DNA from: Eledone cirrhosa
Lineage: Eukaryota
DNA: 64,000 nt
Direction of reading: 5' to 3'
Assembly: GCA_964016885.1 (NCBI GenBank)
Contig: OZ024742.1
Coordinates: 61,814,001-61,878,000, forward strand
The translations under genes were made by a program, and so were the position numbers. Of the stretch, positions 22,635-37,689 are shown piece after piece. The first letter of the stretch is position 1. Each line of letters starts with the position of its first letter. Under the pieces are notes generated by a model. It was given only the letters and a program-made list of their open reading frames with translations, had not been told where the DNA came from and did no database searches.

Positions 22635-22900
22635 CTTGCAGATATGTAGATGACATATTCATCCTCACACCTTCTCATGAAGAAGCCAACAAAATATTCG
22701 GAATATTCTCTAACGTGAGTGATAACTTAACATACTTCAGCATAGAACACCCCGATGACATTGGATCCGTCCTTGCTCGACTTCCAGCTAGGGATGACAG
22801 AAAAGCCCTTCTCCTCAATACTAGAACCGGATACGTACGGAATGAAGTCACACTCATCCGAAATAAATGCAGCAAAGTGAAGCACTGCGTTATACATACT
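22635..22900 (+). pseudogene. Penelope-like RT fragment
   Basis: The frame from 22640 reads RYVDDIFILTPSHEEANKIFGIFSNVSDNLTYFSIEHP, which is the YVDD region typical of Penelope-like RTs. Confidence 0.6.
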
Positions 22901-23314
22901 ATACATTTATTAAGGTGTGTTGAGGTCCAACGGATATCCAGAATTCACTGGAGTCACGTGAAATGAAGTGCTTTGCCTCTTCTGATTATGAACCCAACAC
23001 TCTAACCAACATCACATGCGCCTTCATCATTCGGAATTTGATTTTTAAAAAAAAAACAGGTATATTTCAGTTTCAATCAGTTTTTTTTTTGTTTTTTTTT
23101 ATTTGATCGTAGATTCGTCTAGAACAACCTATATCAAAATATTTGTCTACTACACACGGGATTACTAAATCATTAAAGAATGTTTATTATACAGAAATGC
23201 CAAATATTGAATTATATCGAACCAGTTAGTAGTACCACAGAGATCACACCTCTTCGCAGGTATTCTAGAGAACCAACCTAAATTATGTGGACGTATAAAT
23301 TTATAAAATGCGAT

Positions 23315-23720
23315 TGGATTGGCAGTATCAGTAGATTGTCTGTTAAATTACCTTGCAGCATTTTGTTTAAATCCCTTGGAGGTCAACGTTGCCTTTCATA
23401 AAATAACGTAATGCTATTCATAAAATAACGTACCAGTTAACTACTGAGGTCGACTTAGTCAAATTTTCGCACCCCTTCAAATTGTGTCAAAAGTAGAAAC
23501 AACTATAAAATGCAGTTGGATTGGCAATATTAGTAAAGCCTCGAATAGCATGCTTTGCGGCATACAGTTACAATCCCTTGCATTCTGAGTTCCCGTCGAG
23601 TTCTACTTTACCTTTCATCCTCTCAGGGACAATAAAATAAAGTACAAGTTACGTACTATGGTCAATATAATCAACTTTCCCCTTCCCTCAAATTGCTGGC
23701 CTTGTACCAATGCTAGAAAG
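23315..23720 (+). mobile_element. Two tandem degenerate tRNA-derived SINEs
   Basis: TGGATTGGCAGTATC heads, CCTTTCAT core and CTTGTACCAATGCTAGAAA / GTGTCAAAAGTAGAAAC ends. Confidence 0.7.
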
Positions 23721-24449
23721 AATATAGAAACGATCCTAATGCTGAAAACATATTATTTTGTTCATTTCGCCTGTAATATAATGTGATAGAAAATAAATAT
23801 AGGTAAAGAGATTCACTAATTTTTATTCAGGTGAATAAAAATCTATTTTAGGTTTATCACTTTCACTTTCTATTAATAAAATTCAATTTAATTAATTAAT
23901 TACTAAGTTGTTTATCAGAAACGTAGATTTTCTCCGTTTTTGAGTTATACTTTTGTTTTTGTTGCCGCACCAAATATATTTCACTCTTGTTTTTTGTTGT
24001 ATTTTTTCTATTAAAGATTAAATTAAAAAATTTAAATAAACAAATAAATATGCATACAATGTTGTCATATTTTGCGAATTACAATATATATATTTCTTTC
24101 TCTTTCTCCGTAAACCAACGGCTTATTTTAAAAATAAAAATATCCAATACTAATAATATAATTAAAGCTACAACTCTACTATCCGGGAGCTTCCAACAGC
24201 AATGGATGCATTCTTTAAGGGTATGTCAATATTTATTTATAAAACTTATCTATATTATATTTTATCTGATGAAAGCACACCATAATTTAACTTGGTGTCC
24301 TTGAAATATGTATAATGAAATAAATATGGTTTTATAAATATAGTTTCCATTTGTTAATATCGTATTTTTACTCCAAATATTTGTTGAGTGCTTTATATCA
24401 GTTATAAAAATATTTGCTTGTTGTATCCCAACAATTTAAATAGAACTTT

Positions 24450-24541
<92 letters not shown>

Positions 24542-24726
24542 CACAGTTCAAGAGTAACCAATCTTAAAGAGAGAGATGGAGATAGAAGAGGAGATATGAG
24601 AGGAGAGATTGGTGAATTAGTTAGAAGCCAAAGCGTAAAGGCATGTGCTCAATGTGCAATATGCAGTAGAAAGCAGCTAGGTGGCTGGGTTCATGCAGAA
24701 GTTAGGTGCGCAGAGCTGGAAATATT

Positions 24727-27498
<2,772 letters not shown>

Positions 27499-29111
27499 GT
27501 GTGTATGTGTCCTGGCGTAGGTTAGCGCATATTTAAGCAGAGGCTCAGTGATAGTGTCATAATATTCTTCTATATCGAGTTGTAGGAAGCAGATGTCGCG
27601 CTTATTGTGTATATTTGGAAAACATATTATAACCTCAGATGTTTTGTTCCATAATTGGAGTCATGTGGCGCCTCCGAACATTTGGAACGATCCTACCGAG
27701 GATCTTTTTGCTGATGGACCATATGTCTGAACGTCCGGTCATCGATTTTCCTGGTTTCTGTAATCTCCTTAACACTGAAAATCGACGACCAGACGGGACG
27801 CTTAAGAGTGAAACCTCCATAAATAATAAACGGGCCCACAACCACTCTAGATTATCTAACAATAAAAAACAATATGGTTTGACTCTTACAACATCGCTTC
27901 TTCAGACATATACAAACACAAACTGAGTCAAAACGATTCTATCGCAAGAAAGGAGTGGGTCTCATTTATATATCTCGAACAACATTTTCAAAAACAAAAA
28001 TAAAAGTTAGAGCTAGAAAGAAAAAGAGTTTATTTAAGAAGCTACATCCTTCTCATCATCTTAAAAACGGAATTGGTGGCCAGTGGCACTTTAGCATAAT
28101 GATACTTACTCCCCTGGTACTAGAAAGATGCAGTGTTCGTGTCTCACAGGTGCCCAGGTGTCGTTCATGTCTTTCTTAATGTTATTGCTCCTACTTAAGG
28201 TCGACTTCTAAATCATTTGGTTGTTCCATAACTACATCCTCGTTTTGTTTCACATCTATCTAGACTATATTTTAACCTGTAATCCATGTTTCATTTCTGT
28301 TGCACCTCATTTCTCCCCCTCCTTCATCACTAATTGATTTGACAGATGTCTATAACCCATTGATACCAAATATTATTTGGTCTGTAGTTCGTGTGTAAGT
28401 ATATAAATATATATACTTACATACATATGCTTGTGTGCCTGTGTCTATATATGTTTATATATGTTTGCATGCATGAATGAATACACTTAGCTTTAGATAT
28501 AGTAGAATGTACAACCACTGATTCCAGCTATTTGCGCTATGGTATATATTTGGTTTCTAGTAATTCACTGGGGATTTGGTTGACCAAATGCTTTGTTTAA
28601 TTGTTTTATTTATTTAAGCATTTTTTTCTTTCTCTTCGATTTCAGGTATTTTTTTAAAGCAAAGCATTGGCCCCTAAAATACTACAGTGGGCCCTGAAAT
28701 GCTATTATGGGCTGTTGCAATGCTACCGTGGGCCCCCTGGGGCACACTTGCCACTGGGCAACCTGGCCAGTCCGCCATTGCATATATGTATAAACCGTTA
28801 TGTTGGAGCACCAATACAATTCTTTTGCAGTTTAAACCTCCGCTTGCAAATGAGTTTCATTAGCTTATAAATATAACCACAAATCTATTAGATTCTAGCT
28901 TATTTTAACCTCAGCGGAAGTGGGGAGATATGTAGTCTTGATAAAGGCAAAACAGCGAGAAACGATACATGGCTGATTTCTTTTTTCTGCTTTTGCTGAG
29001 GTTCTGTGTGTGTGACGTTGGTTACAACCTTAAACATTCATAGCGAATGACCTTCAAATGCTTTTCATGAATATTCCGTATGTTATTCAATATAAAATAC
29101 GCACGCGCACG

Positions 29112-29172
<61 letters not shown>

Positions 29173-29713
29173 GCGCGCACATATATATATTTACATGTAT
29201 ATTTATATAGGAAAATTACGGAAGTCACCGAATTTATTTTAGTGATCAGCGGCCATAGTTCACATGCTCAATCAGATAACAAATGTGTAGTTGATAGGCT
29301 GCATGTAGCCTTACAGAACGAACACAATTAGTTAGTGAGTTTTATGCCAATGTGCAGGTATTAGTCACACTGTTCTATCACCTGGGCGGAATTCTGTTTC
29401 ATCCTAATCATCCGCCTATAACAGTTATTAGATGCGATATATGCAGATGATTGTGTAATATCGGCAAATGTTACGCAATCCAGGCTAATTTCGACTCATT
29501 AGCAGGATGCCCGCACAATAACATATCGGTCTATAGAGTGTAACCGATTAGCGAGTCCACTAGCTGCCCAATTCTACTGGTTCCCTATCTTGCTATCACG
29601 TGACCTCCAAAATTGTGGAAGACAGTTGTGGAAAGAACACACTGATTGGTTAGTAGAACTCAAACAAATAGAATTCCCATCAACAATTAATTCCACCATT
29701 TATTTTCAAACAT

Positions 29714-29747
<34 letters not shown>

Positions 29748-29769
29748 TCGGTGGGCTATAGTTTGTACT

Positions 29770-29947
29770 CATTTGGCATAAGACCAGAAATTTGAAGGGA
29801 AATGAAAAGCCGATTGACTGCTACATTATTTTATCAATTCCGTAAAGGCAAAGCTAATCTCCGCGGGATTTGAACTCAGAACGTAAAGGGTCATATTTGG
29901 ACACTGCAAATCATGTTGTCCAACGCTCTACCGATACTGCCAATCCT
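29770..29947 (-). mobile_element. tRNA-derived SINE, same family as 9721
   Basis: GGGATTTGAACTCAG and CTCTACCGATACTGCCAATCC. Confidence 0.75.
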
Positions 29948-30594
29948 TAATTTTTACTCATAATGAAATCGGTACTATTTCTTGAAATGCCGGGTTCAAA
30001 TGGCTCTTTTGGGTGGTGTTGATTTTTAAAAACATTTTAAAGCAAGCAAGAAGCTGTGTGTATAACTAACTCAAGATATATTCTTTCATAGTTAGCACTT
30101 TTCCTGTTATACTATATTGAATACTGCTGACGTTTTGATTATCATGCTTAACCACGTAGAAAAAATGTCAAATGAGAATTTGTTCTTAAGCAGCATGACA
30201 TAATGCTGCAACTTATATATAATTCATCTATTCATTGAATCATAGTTCGCTACAATTGAACATACATATATGAACATGGGCACATTAAAAATGCATTGAT
30301 CATTGGATAATTTCTCCTTGATTCTTCTCTAAGGAGTGAGCCACTTTTATGTCGCTAATTCAATTTCATTTAGGCTTTCGAACGATATGCATCCATCATT
30401 ATCATTCCTGTTTTGCTTTGCAAAAGTTTCGCATCTTTATGTCCCACTCATCTCTTCGTTTTCACTAATATGTAAGATATAACTGTTATATATATATAGC
30501 AAAAGAGTCTTTTCCTATTACCCACTCTACTACCCAAAGTATCGAGTACTCTGGTGCCTTATGGTTCACCTGGTTCCTTACCACACTTCCTTCG

Positions 30595-30705
<111 letters not shown>

Positions 30706-30770
30706 ATTTGTTTTGCGAGGTTTTTGATATGAAATCGTGTGTCGAAACAAATATTGTTATACTTGGGGAG

Positions 30771-32895
30771 GGTCATATTTTTGTAATAATATTGCCAGAA
30801 TTAATAACAGAACACACTCACTGTTTGGTTGGTTTTCGCTTCTGTATCTTTTATATCAGTTAATTTATTCGGTCCTCAATGTTTACCATTGACTGATCAA
30901 CGGTCAAAAATACAGATATAATATAGATATAAACGTATATATATAGTCTAACAAAGTTCTTTCGTTGCACATCTGCAACATCGTCATTGGGGCTATTATG
31001 TTCCTCCTGTTGTATTGTATATCTACGCCATCTTTATTTTATCTGTTTATTTATTTATATATTTATTTATTTTTGTCTTCTCTGCGCATGCGTTTGCGTG
31101 TGTGTATAGTGTTTGGTGTGTGTTTGCGTTTGGGTGACTGTGTTTTGGTTATTGTATTCTATCTTAGTTTACTAGTGTGTGCTTATATGTGTTTGTTGTT
31201 ATTGTGCTTGTGTATATATTTATTTATTTATTTCTTTATTCATATTTGTCTTAAGTCAGTATTGTTTGTTTGGGTATTGTTATTCCATTCATTTTTTTCT
31301 GTTTAGCTTTGGCCTTCTAAGTTCTATTTCACTGGCCTCTCTGATTTGCCTATCTGCTGGGTCATTTCTATGTTTAGATATTATTTTAATTTCTATATTG
31401 TCTATGTTACCGTCATGTTGTTTGGCGTGTTCGTATAGTACTGAACCGTTTTTTCGTCCTTTTAGTTCCTCCCAGTGTTGGTCTATCCTTTCACCTATGC
31501 TACGAGCTGTCTCGCCTATGTATGTTGTTGTCATGTTTCTGCAAGTACCCTCTGTACATCTTATGCTATAGACTACGTTTCTAGTTTTACAGTTTATCCG
31601 GGGGTTTACTTTACATATAATACATTTCCTATTAGTACAGTGGGTTTTCTTAAAGGGGTAGGTTTTGCTGATCAGGGATTTTATGGTAGATCCTGGCTTT
31701 TCTACCACTTTAATCTTTAAGTGGGTCTTTCTCAGGGCCTTTCTACACTGGTTAGCAAATTTCCCTCCAGGAGTAGTGGCTTTCCCTATCTTATGTTTAG
31801 TCCTATCTAAGCTATTCCCTGATTTGCTCCTGTATAATGGGCAAAGTCCTTTCATGTCCAGTTCTATGAGGGTCTTATACTTCTCTGTGGCTCCTTCGTA
31901 TACTCTGATACTGTCTCTTTGGTTGTAGCCAGAGAACTGCATGCGGTTGATGAAGTGTTGGATGTGTCTTTCCATTTCTGTTGGGTCGCACATGCGGGAC
32001 ACGTTCTTCATCACTCGTACCAAGTCTGCGATCAGAATATGAAACTTAGCACTACTGGACATTGCTGAGTTTTTTAGTATCAGGTATTTGGAGGCCATGG
32101 GTTTGGCGTAGTGTGAGTGGAGAATTTGGGCCCTCTCGTCTACAGTGTTAATCAAGAATTTCGTGTCTAATACAGGTAGTCTACTGTTAGGGTGTTTGGA
32201 AGGGAAGTCGATAGTTACAGTTATACTCTGGTGTATGGAATTAGTTATCTGCTGGATGCTTTCCATTGTGTTACATTCTAAATCATACTTGTTAGTACTC
32301 TCTTGTGGGGGTGTCCTTATTACTATATTAATGTTGTCTACGTAACGAGAGTACATGATGAGGTCTATGGAGCTCTCATCAAGGAGATCTTTGAGTCTCC
32401 TTTCCCACCATACCATAAAAAGGTTGGCAACGTCACCAGCTATGCTGACGCCAATGGCTGCTCCCTCATTCTGGGTGTAGATCTCGTTGAATTTGAATAT
32501 GCGGCCCTTTAGGGTAGTTTTAATACTAGCCCCTATTGCATGCGCGACCATTTTTCTTACCTGATCATTCTCTTTGGGGATCCGTATGGCTTTGGTCCAC
32601 CCAATCCACCATCCTATGGGAGTATTTTTTGCCATTGTTTGAGTATTTGTTGCCTCTTATGGGTCTACTGGGGCAGAAACGGCTAAGGTCATGGCTGTCT
32701 AGGTAGTCAGTGTCATAGGTAAGTCTAAGTAGGAGGCCCAGTTTGTCGCAGAACTCCACCTCACTCTCACTGATCATCTCTACACATTTTTCCACAGCAA
32801 AATCAATGTTAATGGATAGGTATAGTGATACCACGTCCATACTGCCTATTATGTTCTGTTATTAATTCTGGCAATATTATTACAACAATATGACC
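30771..32895 (-). mobile_element. 5'-truncated Penelope-like element (RT + GIY-YIG) of a second family
   Basis: Motifs SMDVVSLY, GAAIGVS, RYVDN (decayed YVDD), PVLD, C..C..C and NVVYSIRC..TYIGETARSIGERIDQH..RQIREA. A 44 bp inverted repeat lies at 30771-30814 and 32852-32895. Confidence 0.9.
30943..30997 (-). ncRNA. Degenerate hammerhead motif in the Penelope 3' pLTR
   Basis: The minus strand reads ATAGCCCCA-ATGACGA-T-GTTGCA-GATG-TGCAAC-GAAA-GAACTTTGTTA-GACTAT. Stem II is a perfect 6 bp and the first core C is mutated. Confidence 0.5.
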
Positions 32896-32898
32896 TTG

Positions 32899-34015
32899 AT
32901 GCCTGACGATGCGTAGACACGCATTAAGGCTACGGCACCTCCAGGTATTCCTCACCGGTCAGCCGGTGTGGGCCCTGTTTGTGAGGCGAGCCTTTCCGAG
33001 ACTCGTCTCACTCACCGAGCTGCAATCCTGGGTCAAGCAAAGACCGAGAAAAGTGGGCGACTGGCACATTGAATGTGCCCAGGCGCTCACGGCCCTCTGG
33101 CAAGCGGATCCGGAAATCAGTGGAGACTCAACCTCAACATTCTATAGAGGGTTGGTGCGCAGTAAGTGCGACGACGCTCTCGGAGAGGCTCTGGGTATGG
33201 AGGAAGATGAGCTGGCCAGTCTGTTCGGTAGAACGTTTGGCCCGGGACCGATGGACAACTTCCAAAAGTCCCTGGCTTGGCAATGTTACCGAGGAGCTCT
33301 ACCCGTTCGGGACAAGCTCTACAGACACGGGCGCCCGGGTAGGGACCCCTCGAAGAAGATCTGTCCGAGATGCGTGCGTGACGAGGAAACCGTCGCACAC
33401 GCATTCGTACACTGCCCGGGCGTTGCTGACCTGTGGGGCTATGTAGAACGACTACTGTCGCGGGTGGGACCAATCCGGTTGACCACCGAGAACATTGTCA
33501 CGATCAAACCGCCTCTCCCTTTCAAAAACGAAGGAGAGGCGGTTTTCCTCTGTGTGATAGCTATGGCGAAAGAAGTTGCATGGTGGACAAGGTTGAAAGG
33601 GCTGAGGTCAGACACCTTTCTCTCCGGCCAACAACTGGTCTTTTTTTTCAAGTACCACTTTAGAAGAAGGATCAGAATGGAGAGAGAGGTGCTCTACCCC
33701 AGCAAGTTTTATGAAAGGTGGGTGAAAGTAGCGAGAATGGCCGGAGTGAATGGGCCTTCTCTCTATATCAGCCTGTAGGTGAGAGAAGAGAAGAATGAGA
33801 AGAGGAAGGAAGCACCCGCTCTTTGTGCTCCTGAAGAGGAGGGTTGCACATTTTTTCAGGGGGGGGGGCCCCATGTCAAGCCCCTCCCTATTGAGGACAT
33901 CGATTGTTAAATTTAATTTGTTATATGTTTTTTACACGTCTTTTTAAATGTATGTAAACTCCCCCCTTTATATTTGTCCCAATCTTTGATGCCCTGGTGG
34001 CAAATAAATAGAAAT
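32899..34015 (+). mobile_element. 5'-truncated Tx1-like LINE (ORF2 C-terminus and 3' UTR)
   Basis: ORF 32909-33778 has WQCYRGALP and CPRC..ETVAHAFVHC. It ends CCCTGGTGGCAAATAAATAGAAA-TATATATC, like the copies at 53-60 kb. Confidence 0.9.
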
Positions 34016-34324
34016 ATATATCAATTAACGCTAAACATTCCCCTCTGTATATCTACTACACGGAACTCTCTTCAAATTCCTCTCTCTATAAACATCAATC
34101 TTTCCCCCCTCTCTATATCTAATATACAACACACTCTTCCAACCTTCCTCTCTATATCAATTACCACTAAACTCTCCCCCTCTTCACCGTCCCTGATATG
34201 TATGAAGTAAAAAGGAAAATGTCTATGCGATACCTCGAACTATTAGAGATATTAGCAAAATTCCCTTCAAACCACAGCCAATTGCCTTACACACAAGCAT
34301 ATAAAGTAAGACCAGTGGTTGACT

Positions 34325-34826
34325 ACCAGGCTGCTGTTGGAGATGCTACTCATCATGCTTGCCAAACATGTGGTAGAGAATGTAAATCAGCAGGAGGGCT
34401 CAAGCGACATGCAAAAGTACACGAACTCCAACCACAGCCGACTATTCCCAGTGAATGTTTTGGTTGCCGACTCTGTGCAAGACATTTTAGATCATTGGCT
34501 GGGCTAAAAAGCCACATTCGATCGCAGCGCTGTTAGTTGCAATCGTGTGTGTGTGTGTGTGTGTAGATATGCTTATGTGTGTGCGTGTGTGTGTATATAT
34601 ATATGTATATGTATATTATTATTGTTGTTGTCGTTATTATTATTGTTGTTATGATTATTATTATTATTGTTATTAATGTATGTGTGTGTATGTGTGTGTG
34701 TGTGTGCGTGTGTGTGTGTGTGTGTATATATATTTTCTTTTTCTTTTTATTTATCTATTATTTTTTTTTATTTTTTATTTCTCCTCGTGCAATGGCCATA
34801 CTCGATAACGAGGGGGCAGCCATCAT
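34325..34826 (+). mobile_element. Probable RTE-clade LINE 3' end encoding two C2H2 zinc fingers, with its UTR interrupted by microsatellites
   Basis: CQTCGRECKSAGGLKRHAKVH and CRLCARHFRSLAGLKSHIRS, with no TGEKP linker. The terminus GGCCATACTCGATAACGAGGGGGCAGCCATCAT is repeated at 35300-35343. Confidence 0.55.
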
Positions 34827-34987
34827 GTATGTATGTATGTATGTATGTATGTATGTATGTATGTATGTATGTATGTGTGTATGTATGTGTGTGTATATAT
34901 GTATGTGTGTGGGTAAATATTTATATGCATATGTACATATGTGTGTATGTATATATGTATATAAACGTATACATATGTATATATATG

Positions 34988-35343
34988 CGCGGGGACATAG
35001 AAATAATCGGGCTGGATGCCCGATCGTGCGGTTAAACCACTGGGAGTGATGGACCCCCAGCCTTTGTCATTGCATTCTCCTAGGAGAAGGCAACTCAAGA
35101 AACTGGGATAACTCCGACATAAAACCTGCGGCTCAGTAGTTACCGATGATGTTGAACTTTTCTTCTTTTCGGGTTAAGCTACTGTCGCTCAGAGAATGGG
35201 ATTGGCCCAGTGCATAGTCTTTCCTCACTTTAAAAAAAATCTTCACGCACAGACATTGCAACATAGCATTAATTGATAATTATTAATAATGTTATATCGT
35301 GCAATAACCATACTCGATATCGAGGGGGCAGCCATCATCATCG
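34988..35343 (+). mobile_element. Short non-autonomous RTE derivative (5' UTR-like head plus RTE-like tail)
   Basis: CTAGGAGAAGGCAACTC...AAACCTGCGGC resembles RTE 5' UTR motifs. It ends CCATACTCGATATCGAGGGGGCAGCCATCATCATC. Confidence 0.5.
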
Positions 35344-35869
35344 TGTACGTATGTATGTCATGGGAGCCACTATAACAGTTGGTATATCTAAGAGAAATAG
35401 AAAACAATTCTCCCTCAAACACGATCCTACTACCTTTGAGACAAAGGTGGGCGAAAGCTACAGTGTAGAAATCTAAATACACTTTCCTGAATTACAGAAA
35501 TGAATAAGCCAATGCTAACTTTATTTTTTATTTCATTTTATTTATTGTTTTTAAAATAGCCTTTGAATGTTGTTTTGAATTTCAGAGGTTCTGATTGTTT
35601 AAAAGAGAAACAAAAAAATATCATATTGTATTTTTTGGTCATGCCCTTTTCACTGACATACCTAATGAATCGTCTATCGGTAAACCATATACTGACTGTA
35701 AAAGGGAATACTATTCCAAACAACACCACTGGACAAAACTAATAACTTTTTTTCTAGATGATTTGCATTGAACAAGTGACAATGAATATTCTGCTACTTT
35801 AGTTAAAATACAGCAATCATATTTCATTGGTTAAATATTTTATATGTGCCAGAATATGTTGTTACTTTC

Positions 35870-35905
35870 ATAAAATACCGGGGCGTTGCCGGGTACTTCT
35901 GCTAA
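35870..35905 (+). mobile_element. Helitron-like 3' terminus
   Basis: Hairpin CCGGGGCGTTGCCGGG followed by TACTTCTGCTAA|T, a CTAG variant, with the same layout as the end at 617. Confidence 0.45.
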
Positions 35906-35944
35906 TATATATGTGTGTGTGTGTGTTTACGTGTATATATGTAT

Positions 35945-36700
35945 TAGTGGCGAAGTGGTTAGGGTGGTTGGCGTACCATTGTAAGGTCTTGAGTTCGTTC
36001 CCCAGCGGTATGTTGTCTTTGAGCAAGACACTTTATTTCATGTTACTCCAAGCCTCTTAGCTAGCAAAAAAGAATCGTACCTTGTAATTGAAAGGATCGA
36101 CCTTGTATCTATGGAATGTTCAGCCATCTGCACGTTAATTTCACTATCAGGATGTTCCGTTAATCAAATCAACTGAAACACTCATCGTCATAACAGACGT
36201 AGTGCCAATTTATCTTATGCATGTGTATATATAAATATATATATTAAGAGCTTCCGCTACAACTTCCTTCTACCGAATTTCAATGACAATGTCTTGTTCA
36301 AGGAGCTACGTAGCAGTATGTCTGAATACACCCAAAATGACGTGGTTGCTAAGAGAGCTCCTTAGCCACATAGCAATCTTGCCTTCGTAAAAATGTATAA
36401 TAAAAATGAAGTCACGTGAACTAGTGATTATCGTTTTCAGCTCAAGATATTGAGTTCGATTCCCGGCAGCGCAGTATGTCCTTAATCAAAATAACTTATT
36501 TTACGTTACTCTACTTTATTCAGCTGGAAAAAAGCAAATTATTTAAAGAGCCAAGCTTATCACACACACACTGAATTTCCCTGAGAATTACGCTAAGGAT
36601 GCGCGTATTAGAAGAATACTCAGCCACTTGCACATTAATTTCACGAAGTGGTTGTTCTGACAACTGTAACAATCGTCCTCAAATCCGACGGAGATCCAGC
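35945..36700 (+). mobile_element. Cluster of degenerate CORE-type SINEs
   Basis: TGGCGAAGTGGTTAGG..GAGTTCGTTCC..GTCTTTGAGCAAGACACTT, a second copy at 36410-36700 and a minus-strand piece between them. Confidence 0.65.
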
Positions 36701-37591
36701 AATACAAAAAAGAAAACAATTTTGGTTAGAGGTCACGCAATATCATAGGAAGAAACGTAGATGCAAGCAAAGAGAAGGTATAGATTTCTATTTTATGAGC
36801 AAGATAAGATTAAAGTGATAATGTCTGTTGAAAATTACAAATCAATGAGGAAATAGTGTTTGGCTGATAATAATCAGGTTTCAAAACGCGTCTTAATATG
36901 AAAAATGTCTAAACCAACCGATTGGATGTTGTCAGTGTTGAAGCTATTTATGAATACATTCTTATACTCAAATGTAATTTGTATGCGCAAAATTACATGT
37001 ATATATTATATATTTATGCATATTTTTCATATAGATTTTATATACATTCATAAAATTATATAAAATATATATTATATGTGTGTATATATGTATACATGAT
37101 TAGAACTGCTTCATTCGTATGAAATCAACAGGAATGAACAGTTCTAGTCTTGTAGAAATCAATTCTTGTTACAATAAAAATATATATATATATATATGGG
37201 GGGGGGTGTAATATATGTGTATAATATATACATTCATATTCTACTCAGTTAAGACATAACCCTAGTGTAGATATGAATATCCCATCGAAGCAAACGGAAT
37301 TTTGTTTTTGTGGAAAATTGGTATGGTAGGATATTCAAAAAGTAACGCCTCATATATATTTGAACAAATAAAACAAGGTTTAGTACTTATTCATCGATTG
37401 TTTCAAAGGGTAAAATAATCTGAGATTACATCCATATAGTGATTAATCGATAGCAAATTATGCAACTCCATAATATTATCTCGACGAAATACATGCATTC
37501 TGCAGTACATCCTCAGAAACATTCAGTTCTATAGTATTACCCTCGACAAAAGCAGTTATGTATAAGAGTGTGTGTGTGTGTGTGTCTGTGT

Positions 37592-37660
<69 letters not shown>

Positions 37661-37689
37661 ATTGAACGAGATTCATGACCATAGGTCGA

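Noticed and set aside
27635-28120. Possible decayed DNA-transposon end
   Set aside because: No partner TIR or clear transposase motif could be identified.
28660-28782. GGCCC-rich segment ending CCAGTCCGCCATTG, like a hAT subterminal end; preceded by a splice-acceptor-like TTTCAG
   Set aside because: There is no matching other end, TSD or coherent exon.
34198-34536. Host C2H2 zinc-finger gene
   Set aside because: There are only two fingers with no canonical linker, and the downstream RTE-like tail makes a retroelement origin more likely.
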